Below, piece after piece: positions 1-11,516 of a stretch of DNA of 64,000 bases. The stretch comes from the human T2T-CHM13v2.0 reference genome, Homo sapiens: assembly GCF_009914755.1 (NCBI RefSeq), contig NC_060934.1; one strand, given 5' to 3'. The notes under the pieces were generated by a model that was not told where the DNA came from, ran no database searches, and was given only the letters and a program-made list of their open reading frames with translations. Position 1 is the stretch's first letter; every line of letters begins with the position of its first letter. The translations under genes were made by a program, and so were the position numbers.

Positions 1-1239
1 TCACATCTTTTATTTATGATGACAAATGAGAGACTAAGAGGTCTGGAGATCATCACAGAGATGGGAGAAGGACTTAGAGTCCTTAACTCTTGGGTTACTT
101 TATCTTTTCTGTCTTTACCTTCTCCTCTACACACTAAATGTTTCTCCTTTCTTTTCAACTCACAGTCAGTAGCTTCTGCCCTCACACATAGACAACACCA
201 CCGGGATGATTCTGTCAAACGTTAATCTTCACACATTCTAACTTGGTCCCACCAAATATCAGTGATCCAAATAAATTTTTATTAAGATATTTTCTGAAAA
301 GTGCTACCATAATGTAATCACACACCAAATAATATATAAGGGGCTACATATGGCTTTTTTTTTTTTTTTTTACAATCGTCTACTCCTCACAGATAACTCT
401 AAATGTAGTTTTTGATTCTGGAAACTTTAGATGACTTTTTAAATTTGGGGTTCTATATTAACTAATATCAGAAGTTTCATATCTTTCAAGTTATCAAAAC
501 TAAAATGTTCCTTTATTTAAACAACTGCCTACCCCTGACCATCCTTCCCTACCAATCATAAACTTTGAATCATTGGTTTTTGTCTGTTTGTATCTTTTTC
601 TAAAACTTCCTCCCATCTCAACTTTAACCATCATTTAGGACTGGTTAAATATATGAATCTTTGGAATTTTGGTGCTACTGACAAAAGACAGATAGCTTTT
701 CATTAACTCCACTCTTCTGGAATAGCTCCTTTGTGGTTGCCTTTCTGGTGTGCCAGAGAACTTCTTCTTCATTTTGACTTTTAGTCCTGTTAACCTTGAA
801 TCACACTGGCCCAGGTCAACCATGTCAACCATTCAATGAATTCCAAATTATAGCTAGCAGTCAGATTGAAAAAGCATTAACTGAAATAAACTGCCCCAAG
901 AATATGGGTAGTACAGGGGAGACAAAACAAAAAGCCACAACTCTATTCCAGGTTTAGGTCCAAAGAACCTCTGTGACTGAAATTCCATCAGGTTGTTTCA
1001 CCCATATTGAAGACCATTTGGTTAGGGGAATTAAAAAGCTAAAGAACATATAAAGTCATATTTTCAAATGCCTCCCTGTTGTCTAATAGTTTAACACCAT
1101 GATGTCTTTCTGTAGAGTTAGAGGTTTCTCTGAGTTAAAGTTTTACTAATTAGTTTCACCGGTATTTCTATTATTACTAAAGCAAGATGTTTTCTTTTTG
1201 AAATACATATAATTTACTAAAAAGTATAAAATAAATCAC

Positions 1240-1800
1240 TTGTATTTCTAATATTTTGGTGTACAGTGTTTCAGACTTTTTCTATAAACCTACACATATA
1301 TATGCATGTTATAAAATATTGAATTATACTGTAATAATGCTATTTTCACTCGTGCATCCTTCTATATCGAAATTATCATCCTCCTGAATGATTCCATTGA
1401 TTATGGACATGGCCCAGTATCATCACTTTGTACTCATTTCTAAGTAACTTCCAATTTGAGGCTCTTACAAATAATACCGTGGTAACCATCCTTGTTTACC
1501 ATCTTTACCCATTTGTCTAATGCTTCCTTAGAATTAATTTTGCATGTTAAATTTCTGAATCAAAGGGAATATACATTTTAACAGTTTGTTTGCATGTATA
1601 CTGCCAAATTGTCTTTTGGAAAGTTTGTGCCAGTTTAGACTCCTGCCAATAGTTGATGAGGACCCTCTTCCCACAGTACACCACACATTAATGAGATTTT
1701 AGCATTCCTTTTACATTTGCTAATTTGAGAGATGAAGGAGGAATTTTACTTTTTCAATTTGCTTAAATATTGGTAAGGCTGAACATGTTTTCATGTTGTT
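1240..1800 (-). mobile_element. Old L1 (L1ME-like) 3' fragment, antisense
   Basis: Degenerate antisense L1 motifs (ttccaatttg..., tactgccaaattg..., gtttgtgccagtttagactcc); boundaries approximate. Confidence 0.6.
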
Positions 1801-1984
1801 TTGGGTTAAGTCTAACTAGAAAGCAAAGCACAACTTAAGTATAAATTGGGTCTAAAATTGATTTTACTTAACTGAAATAAGAAAGGCAGTAAATGCAGTC
1901 TTTGAGAACATCAAATTTGCTGAAATTAGAAGATCATTTTACTGCTGTGCCTTCTGAGCCTCTTATAATAAGGAGTGATGTGTA

Positions 1985-2175
1985 TCAAGTACTTGTTTTA
2001 TACCAAGCATTTTTCCACATGTACTGAATTTAGTCTTTATAATAACACTGTGCAGTAGGTAATACTTTTTAAATAAATTTTGTCAATGAGAAGACAGGAA
2101 TAAAGAAGGTAAGTAACTTACTAAGTAAGTGGCAGAGCTAAGATCTGAACTTAGATACTGCCTCTAAAATATGCT
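1985..2175 (-). mobile_element. MIR SINE
   Basis: MIR core-like text (aatgagaagacagg...aagtaactt...gtaagtggcagagctaagatctgaac). Confidence 0.6.
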
Positions 2176-2389
2176 CTTCAGCTCTGTGTTATTCTGCTGT
2201 TTTCTCTGTGCACATACCTAAGACATGTTGAGGGAAGACTGTTTATAGTGTCTTCCTCTATACTATATAAACTATTAATGAATATTACTATTAAAATAAA
2301 ACTAACAAGATAGGTTTCTTCTGGAAAAACTGTTTTCAGAATATCTTAAACTATTTTACTTAAAATCCTGATTTAAAAATGTGTACGTG

Positions 2390-2689
2390 GGCCAGGCATG
2401 GTGGCTCATTCCTGCAATCCCAGCACTTTGGGAGGCAGAGGCAGGCAGATCTGAGGATCTGAGGTCAGGAGTTTGAGACCTGCCTGGCCAATATGATGAA
2501 ACCCTGTCTCTACTAAAAATACAAAAATTAGCTAGGCATGGTAGCGCCTGCCTTAGTCCCACCTACTCAGGAGGCTGAGGCAGGAGAATCACTTCAACCC
2601 ATAAGGTGGATGTTGCAGTCAGCTGAGATTGCACCACTGTACTCCAGCCTGGGCAACAAAGTGAGACTCTGTCTGAAAAAAATAAAAAA
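2390..2689 (+). mobile_element. Alu (AluS-type), first of tandem pair
   Basis: Full dimer from GGCCAGGC to A-tail; small internal GATCTGAG duplication. Confidence 0.95.
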
Positions 2690-2698
2690 GTATATGTG

Positions 2699-3007
<309 letters not shown>

Positions 3008-4143
3008 GGTATATGTGTAGCTAGAATTGGTGGTCTATATTTGGGGTTGAATACCAAAAGTTTCAGAAATACAGATTTAAACTTCTTTAAATTTAGATAT
3101 AATAGCTTAGGCTAAATGCTGAAGTTCCCTTGGAATAATAAGCTCTTTGTTTTTTTCACTGACTTCCCTTCTGCCCACTAATAAGCTAGTTTTCTCTTTT
3201 CCTAAACTCCTGAATTTTCAAGCTGCACTGCTATTTCTTAAGATTTGGACAGCATACCCAGAGGTACAAGGTTGGATGTGAATATATTAAACAAGTTGAT
3301 GTTTAAAACATATTTAAATGCATAGGCTAATGCATGTGAGTTGCTTGTGATACATAAGTAATGAAAAAGCTGCTGCCCTGAATGACAGGAAACGTCAGGA
3401 TGAAAAATTACATGATATTGGCTTATGGTAATGAGGATTAAAAACATGAAAATCATGGTTTTGAGTTAGAAGGCCAATCATCCAACAAATGCCAGGAAAT
3501 ACTAATTATTTGTCCTAAACCAGTACAAAGTAAGATACCTGAGTTCCAATGGGCAAAGCCCTGCTTATCTTTGATGCGATGAAGCTGTTCATATCATTCA
3601 AGCCTCACTAAGTGCATTATGTGCTTTCCACACTCATGGAAATCAATCTTTTCTTTGGATTTAGGAGGCTTTGATCCCACCTCTTGCCTCACCTTGCTGG
3701 GATTACAATTCACTGTGAAGTATCTGTGCCAGTGATGTTATCATTTTTAAAGTTTGATTTACAGATCTGAGGAAGGAAGCCTATGATATCTTTTGAGCAC
3801 CAAACAGTAGGATATTTAGCCTACAGTAACTCCATGGGCAAGTCATAGCATCCTCACTTTCATATGAAGACACACAGACTGGGAAAATGAGGTTCCTGTA
3901 TTCAAGGAGCAAAAATATCACTTGGGAGACTGTCAGGCACTCTCTCTCTCTCTGAGACTCTTTTTTGTCAGCCCTTTTCCTGCTAACTTCTTAAATATTT
4001 AATGCTAAAAAGCTCAGACACAAAAATGTGGTAAGAATAATCATAGCAAAGCAAGCAAACAAACAAAAAAGTTAATTCCTCTACTGATACCATTGGAGAT
4101 ATCCTAGTATCTTATTGGCCCAGAGGAGGTAAGATGGAAGGAC

Positions 4144-4461
<318 letters not shown>

Positions 4462-4780
4462 TTAAAAATGCATTTTCTATGGGATATAAATTTCAGTTAA
4501 GATGTAAACTTTTACAAGTTATCTTCCAAACTCCAATTACTTTTCAATTCTTCACACCACACAACTAGTTCAACTGTGACAATTTACATAGTCATCTTTT
4601 GCTCTTATTTTATAGATAAAGGAGTTATTTTTCAGTATTAATATTACAAAATAGTTATTTGTTTTTCTTCTATTGTTGCAATGAGATAAACATGTACAAG
4701 TTGTGAGTATTAGACTCAGCAATGTCCCCCTTCATGCCAGAGGACTAATAGCAATAATCCCAACAGTGAAAATACGAATA

Positions 4781-5281
4781 CACAAATGCCACTGCTTAGA
4801 TCACTGCAGCTTCTAGGGCCCAATTTCTTTTACTGATTTAAAAACAAAACAACAAAAAAATTAAAAAGTTTGCCTGACATGAATCTTGATGTTTTTGTTT
4901 TTTGTTTTTTAATAAGTAGCCACCAGAGTCCTGTAGAAAACAGACATTAGACCCTTGGTGTAGCTTCTGTTCAACTTTATATCATGGGAACAGATGGGTC
5001 TGATTTTTTGGCCCTCATCTTGAATTGCTCATATACAGGGTCCCTGGCCAGTGGACTGAAGGCTATGTCTGTGATGACAAGGCTCAGCTCAGGGGATGTG
5101 GGGGAGGGCATTTTCATTTTCACACTTGTTTGAGGTTTCGGTCCCTGGGTAAAGAGGCCATTTATCTTTGTAAATGCAAAACATTTTTGCTTTTTCCAGT
5201 TTTCTGTTAATGGCGAAAGAATGGAAGTGAATTAAGTTTTACTGATTTTTGAGACACTAAAACTATAAACAAACAAATAAA
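4781..5281 (+). pseudogene. Probable retrocopied mRNA 3'UTR fragment (5'-truncated processed pseudogene)
   Basis: Non-TE sequence ending in AATTAA (5230-5235), then 23 nt, then an A-rich tail (5259-5281); degenerate TSD aaaatacgaata / aaatacccaata; from memory resembles the RCC2 3'UTR (unverified). Confidence 0.65.
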
Positions 5282-5734
5282 TACCCAATAGTTTTATATG
5301 CAGCACTCCTCTGCCCAGGCAGTGTTCTAAATGTTTGATTTATACTTCAAAAGCCCTATCTAATGCAATTATGGGGTACAAATAATTTAAAATTCTGGTG
5401 AATCATTATTGAAAAGTTATTGTTAGCCAGCTAGGAATTCCCTGGGACAATTCTAATCCATTCTTGTTCTGGCTATGGATTGATGCCATCTGGGAAGAGC
5501 CATTGTGAATCCTGAAAGCCTAGCCCAGACTTCCAGGTCAGCATGAATGATTCCAGGGATCTGTTAATTAGGTGGCACGCCTTTCTCTCGCATAGTCCTG
5601 GGATACAGAGTCAGTAGAATTCTGGGATGTGTGCTGGGTAGAGGGTGGGAATTAATCAGGTTGTATGTGAATATGCATTATCATGGGGGAAAGTTATTCC
5701 AGATATTGTTTTCTATATTAATGCACTACAAGGT

Positions 5735-5870
5735 AAATCTAGGGTAAATACTACTATTTTCATCTGCATTTTTAGATCAGAGAACTGAAGTTTTGGAAAT
5801 TGAGCTATGCCCACATAGTTCATAAGTGGAGGAGCTAGGATTTGAACTCGGGCAGTCTGGCTCCACTTGG
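5735..5870 (-). mobile_element. MIR SINE
   Basis: catttttagatcagagaactgaag...aagtggaggagctaggatttgaactcgggcagtctggctcc. Confidence 0.7.
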
Positions 5871-6115
5871 ATGTCTCTCTCATCTTTGACACCCATGGGC
5901 AAATCATGCATTTGCCTTGTTAGGGATTATTATCCAGGACCAACCCACCAGTGTTCTTCAAGTGTTCTGATAATGGTGGAGAGATTTATTATTGATTTAG
6001 ACAACAAAAGAAGATAATTGCTTCTCTGAAAGAAGACGGAACAGAGGGAGAAATGGCCACCTCCCTATTACTCATACCTGAGTGGAGCTTCAGGAGGGCT
6101 AGCATTAGTGAGAAG

Positions 6116-6260
6116 TGACTCAGAAAGTCTATAAAAGCCAGCCTGCTGTTTGAGAGGAGTCATGAACCTGTCATTGGTTGACCAAAGTTACTAGTCAGAC
6201 TCATCAATATTCCTGCAGCATCACAAATCCAGCAAGGTTGCAGAATGCTAACCAGGTAAT
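6116..6260 (+). promoter_or_regulatory. Candidate TATA promoter with AP-1 site and first-exon donor
   Basis: TGACTCA 6116-6122, TATAAAAG 6130-6137, CAG|GTAAT donor after 6255; non-repetitive context. Confidence 0.35.
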
Positions 6261-7049
6261 TATTTCTGTGCTAGGGCTATTCTTGTTTCCTTTCTTTAAC
6301 TGCAAAAGGTAAATGAAATTACCTTGTTGCTTCTTTTATTCCTTATGTTCTCTTACTGTTAGGCTCTTTCATTCTATTCTTTCCCTGCTGTTAGCAAGAT
6401 GAAAAAGGCATCATATGCCAAGGCTTTCTGTTGACCTTTGGGACTTAAAAGTCTCCCATGAGAAAGAAAGCATCCTTGAAATAAATGTGGTTTCACGAAA
6501 TACCTCAGGCTTGTGGAGGAAACAAATGACTCGGTTCTTTTCAACTCACAGCACTCAGCAGGCAGAAAAGCAGCAATTTGAGATTTCAGTGAGTCTGGGA
6601 GTCTCACAAGATAATGCTCAGAGTCAGCAGTCAAAGATACTAGTGAAGTATCAGTGCTGCAAGTTTAAATTGTTCTTCCTTCCCAGGGTTTGAAAAAATA
6701 GGACAGCCACAAGCTTATTAAATTCAGTGGAATTTCTTTTTCTTTTGTCAGTTTGGGGGGATTTTCCTTGTTTTTCCTGTTTTGATTTGGCAAAGAGACA
6801 TCACTGATTACTCATATTCATAAAGAGCTCCAGAGAAATGAAAATGTCAAGCTGTAAGGGAGAAGCAAATGTCATAGAGCAAAGATCATCAGCTTGGGAG
6901 GAAGACAGATTTAAGTTTGAAGTGCAGATTGAGCAGTTAATTTTATCTTATTAGGAGAATCATTTAATACCTTTATTTTTCCTGAATTAGTACACTAGAT
7001 TCCTAGCTTGTTTTTCTTCATCCACTGTTACCTGCCACACTTACAATTA

Positions 7050-7535
7050 CATCTAACATGAATTACAAATTCCTCACTATGGACTATGAGGGTCTGTCTC
7101 TCGCGTTATTCCTGATTAATCTCCCTTCTTCATTCTCTTCCAGCCACACTAGCTTCCTTGTTGTTCTTTACATATACCAAACATGGATACACCTCGGGGC
7201 CGTAGACTTGTTGTTTCCTTCGCCTGAAGTCTTCACTGGGCTTGCTTCTTCCCTGCATTCAGTTCTCTTCTCAAATTCATCTTTTAAGAGCAGGCTTCCC
7301 TAAATGAATGGTCTGAAAAAGCACCCCTCGTCATTCTTGATTCCCTTATTTTGCTTTATTTTTCTTCTCAGTTCTTATCTACATCTGATGCTATATTGGC
7401 TTACATGTCTGCCAGTCTCTCCCTACCAGAGTGTAAACTCCATATGGGCATAATCTGTTTTTGTTCACCACTCTATCCCTAGTGTCTGGAGCAGTGCCTG
7501 GGCCATAAAAGGCACACAATAATTATTTATTGGAT
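7050..7535 (+). mobile_element. L2 3' end
   Basis: L2 terminal motifs (ttgttcaccactctatccctagtgtctggagcagtgcctgggccataaaaggcac...tattggatg). Confidence 0.75.
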
Positions 7536-7649
7536 GTGTCTTGGTTTCTTTCTAAGAAAAAAAAAACCTCTTTGTAGTATTTGTGAAGCTTATAAATAAT
7601 GCATTAAATGGATCTCAAAATCCCCTAGTGCATCGAGGCATAATCCATC

Positions 7650-8030
7650 TGTGCCTCATTCTTTATCAATTGTGTGTACTCTGGTGGACTTCCAGCTTTC
7701 AGTGTATGCCACTTTGTTCCTGAGGGCTATTTCTGAAGACTTGGAAGGACAGAAGTACCCGAGAGATAACACTCCCTTCCCAGAAATCCTCAAACTCTGA
7801 CTCTTAAGTGTTGGTGCATAAATATCCCAGTGCTCTTGCCTCTCAGGATAACTCTGAGATATGTTTTGCACCCTTCCCAGAACTTCGTAGGATTAAGGTC
7901 CAGCTGATCACAGTGGTAGCTAGCTACGACATCTCCTTTATTGGGTGCCTTGTTTCAGGGGTTTCCCAGTAAAATAATTGCATTGAATCTCTGTCAGGAT
8001 CTGCTTCTGGGGGATCCCAAGTGGAGATGT
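7650..8030 (+). mobile_element. ERVL-class LTR (LTR16/LTR33-like)
   Basis: cataaatatcccag...ggataactctgag; 3' end tcaggatctgcttctgggggatccc. Confidence 0.6.
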
Positions 8031-8714
8031 TTAAAGAGTGGTAGTTATTAGTATATAATAACTTTTTCTAGCTCTCAAAGTGAAGGTCAGATATTTTCAT
8101 ATCAATTTTCTGTATCTGAATAAATGTATGTAATTGTATACTTCTTAATAATTATTAAAAATAAAGGTGTATTTCTGTGATATTTAGCTCATTCCTTAAT
8201 ATCTTACAGCAGTGCAGTCCTCATCTCTGTATTACATACTTGTTTTGTTCTCTTCACAATGATTAAGCTTGTTGATTACTTATATCTGGAATATATATTT
8301 GATCCTCAAACATAGCCTTGTTCCAAAACAGTCCATATATTTGGGGGTGGGGATCAGGCATAGATACCCTAAAAAATTTATCCAGTGATCTCCTGTGCAC
8401 CTCATATGGCAAACTCTGGTAAATGTTCTATAATTTCTCCCTTTTTCTCAATTTCACTAGCTTTCTCCAGAGTTCTCTGCAGTTCTGTATCATCATGGAG
8501 TTTTATTTTCATCTTGAAGGTCTTTCTTCCCTGTGTTGTTAGCATTTGCTTATGGGTTCTCAGAGTTTTACATTTAGCAACTTAAAAAAATTTTTTACTC
8601 ATTTAAATCTTTAAATCTTAAGAGTTTATAAACCAATAAATGATTAATTTCAAAGCATGGATGTGAAAAGTATTTAAAGTTAATTTATAGCCATTTTAAC
8701 CTTCATTTAAAAAT

Positions 8715-10131
8715 ATTAAGCATTAATACAGTGTAGTATTGGCATAAGGATAGAAATATAGATTGACAGAATAGAATAGAGTCCAGAAACCAATCAATGT
8801 GATATTCGAAAAAGGTGCCAAGACAAAGCAGCAGAGAAAGAAGTCTTTTCAACAAATGGTGCAGGAACAATTGAATATTCACATTTAAAAATTATGTCAA
8901 CTTTGATTTATACCTTGCACCAAACATAAAAAATCAGCTGAAAATGAATCATAGTCCTAAATATAAGAACTTAAACTATAAAACTTCCAGAAGAAAACAT
9001 TGGATAAAAACTGTGTGGTCTTGGGTTAGGCAAAAGTGTCACAGATACACACCAAAATTATAATCCATAAACAAAAAGTGGTAAGTTGTACTTCATCAAA
9101 ATTTAAAATGTCTGCTTTTCAAAAAACATTATTAGGACAATGAAAAGACAAGTCACATACCTGAATTGGGTATTAAAAATACAAAGCAAATAAAGGACTT
9201 ACCCAGAATATATAATAAATTTTTATAACTCAATAATAAGACAAATTAATACAAAAATTGGGCAAAGAAATGTTCAAGAATCAATTCTTATGAATGACCA
9301 CCACCTATCTTCACCTGTCAGTGTCAATATCATCATTTCTAAATTAATTATTGTGGTTTTCTTGTGGCAACTGCTTCTGGGGAGGCCTCAGGAAGCTTCC
9401 TATCATGGTGGAAGGCACCAACCAACCAACCAAACAAGCAAAATTCCAAACAAAAAGATCCACCTCAAACCCATGTCTTGTATCTTACACAACTGTTAAC
9501 TCAAAATGTACTAAACACATAAATGAAAACATAAAACCTCTAAAGGAAAATTGAGGAGAAAACCTTTGTTATCTCAAGTTAGACAAAAGATTTTTAGATA
9601 CCACACCAAAAACATTCACAAAAGAAATATTTCTAAGTCGGATATTATTCAATTTGGAAAACTTTGGTCTGCAAGATGCACTGTTAAATGAACAAAAGGA
9701 CAAGGTCCAGTTTGGAAAAAATATCTACAAATAACATTTCAGACAAAGGTCTTATATCCCGAATACATAAAGAATTCACGAAACTCAAAAATAAGATAAG
9801 CAACAATCAATTTTTTTAAAAAATGCCAAAAATCTGAACAGGCATTTCATCAAACAAGATATATGGATGAAAATAACTATATAGAATGGTGCTCAACGTC
9901 ATTAGTCTTCAGAAAAATACATTTTAATACCATAATGAGACACCTTACATGCACATTAGAATGGCCAAAAACAAACAATCAAAAAAAAGTGACCATGCCA
10001 CTGGAACTCTTATACATTGCTGATGGGAATGAAAAATGGCACAGCCACTATGGAAAATATTTTGGCAGTTTCTAATAAAATTAAATATATGTTTCTCATT
10101 TGACTCTGCAATCCCACTCCTAGAAACTTAC
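8715..10131 (+). mobile_element. L1M ORF2 3' region remnants (two partly overlapping fragments)
   Basis: Degenerate L1 ORF2 text (cagtgtagtattggcataaggataga...ttttcaacaaatggtgc...; caatcccactcctag). Confidence 0.85.
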
Positions 10132-10218
10132 TATGATGGATAATTTTATATGTCAACTTGGCTAAGCCATGGTACTCAGATATTTGGTCAAATACCAGCC
10201 TAGATGTTGTTGCTAAAA

Positions 10219-10221
<3 letters not shown>

Positions 10222-10250
<29 letters not shown>

Positions 10251-10539
10251 GAGACAGAGTCTCACTCTGTGGCCCAGGCTGGAGTGCAGCAGCCTGATCT
10301 CAACCTCCTGGCTCAATGCAACCTCCGCCTCCCGGGTTCAAGCAATTCTCCCGCCTCAGCCTCCTGAGTATCTGGGACTACAGGCATGTGCCACCACGCC
10401 CGGGTAATTTTTTGTAGTTTTAGTAGAGACGGGGTTTCACTGTGTTAGCCAGGCTGGTCTCAATCTCCTGACCTCGTGATCCACCCACCTCAGCCTCCCA
10501 AAGTGCTGGGATTACAGGTGTGAGCCACTGCACCCGGCC
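10222..10539 (-). mobile_element. Alu inside MLT2 LTR
   Basis: Poly-T then antisense Alu dimer ending cacccggcc. Confidence 0.95.
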
Positions 10540-10830
10540 CGCAAAGGTGCTTTTTAAAGATGAGATTAACATTTATGTCAGCAGACTTGGAGTAAAGCAG
10601 ATTGCCCTCTCTAATGTAGATGGGCCCCATCCAATCAGTTGAAGGTCTTAAGAGAAAAATTGAAATCCCTGGAGGAGGAGGGAATTCTGCCTTTAGACTG
10701 CCTTTGGATTCAAGCTGCAGTATCAACTCTTCCATGGGCCTCTGTCCTGCTGGACTACCCTACATGTAGATTTTGTACATGGCAGCCTCCAAAATCACAT
10801 GAGCCAATTCCTTAAAATAAATCTGTTCCT

Positions 10831-11129
10831 GGCCGGGCGCAGTGGCTCACGCCTGTAATCCCAGCACTTTGGGAGGCTGAGGTGGGCAGATCACAAGGTC
10901 AGGAGATTGAGACCATCCTGACTAACACGGTGAAACCCCGTCTCCACTAAAAATACAAAAAATTAGACGGCCGTGGTGGCGGGCACCTGTAGTCCCAGCT
11001 ACTCGGGAGGCAGAGGCAGGAGAATGGCGAGAACCCAGGAGGTGGAGCTTGCAGTGAGCTGAGATGGCCCACTGCACTCCAGCCTGGGCGAGTGTGTGAG
11101 ACTCCGTCTCAAAAAATAAATAAAGAAAT
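10831..11129 (+). mobile_element. AluY-type element inside MLT2 LTR
   Basis: Full dimer; TSD AAATAAATCTGTTCCT on both sides. Confidence 0.95.
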
Positions 11130-11516
11130 AAATAAATCTGTTCCTGTCCCATTCCTATTCATTCTATTTCTCCAGAGAAGCATGACTAATAAGATTTTGG
11201 TACCAGAAGTGAGATACTACCATCATAGTATTCCACACAGCACTGCTTCTGATCAAGGGACTCACTTCATAACAAATAAAGTGCAGTAATAGATGCATGC
11301 TGTTGAAATTCACTAATCTTTCCATGTTTCCCACCAACCTGAAGCAGATGGCTTGATGGATTTGAGCTGCAACATCAACTCCATCCTGCCAGCCTATCCT
11401 GTAGAGTTTGGACTTGACAACCTCCAGAGCTATATCTCTCTTAATATACACATCCTACTGGATATCTCTTTCTATATATACACATTCTGTTTCTCTGTAT
11501 AACCCTGACTAATATA

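Larger units (their letters stand above)
10132..11516 (+). mobile_element. Internally deleted ERV-L provirus (MLT2 LTR, PBS-Leu, integrase fragment, partial MLT2 LTR)
   Basis: MLT2-like LTR 10132-11192 interrupted by two Alus; PBS TGGTACCAGAAGTG 11198-11211; HHSIPHSTASDQGTHF...HQPEADGL integrase-like translation; partial second LTR ending ctgactaatata; L1 resumes afterwards. Confidence 0.85.

Noticed and set aside
635-832. Possible exon; plus-strand frame reads GLVKYMN, reminiscent of NDP kinase
   Set aside because: Similarity ends after about 7 residues and a stop follows shortly; most likely chance.
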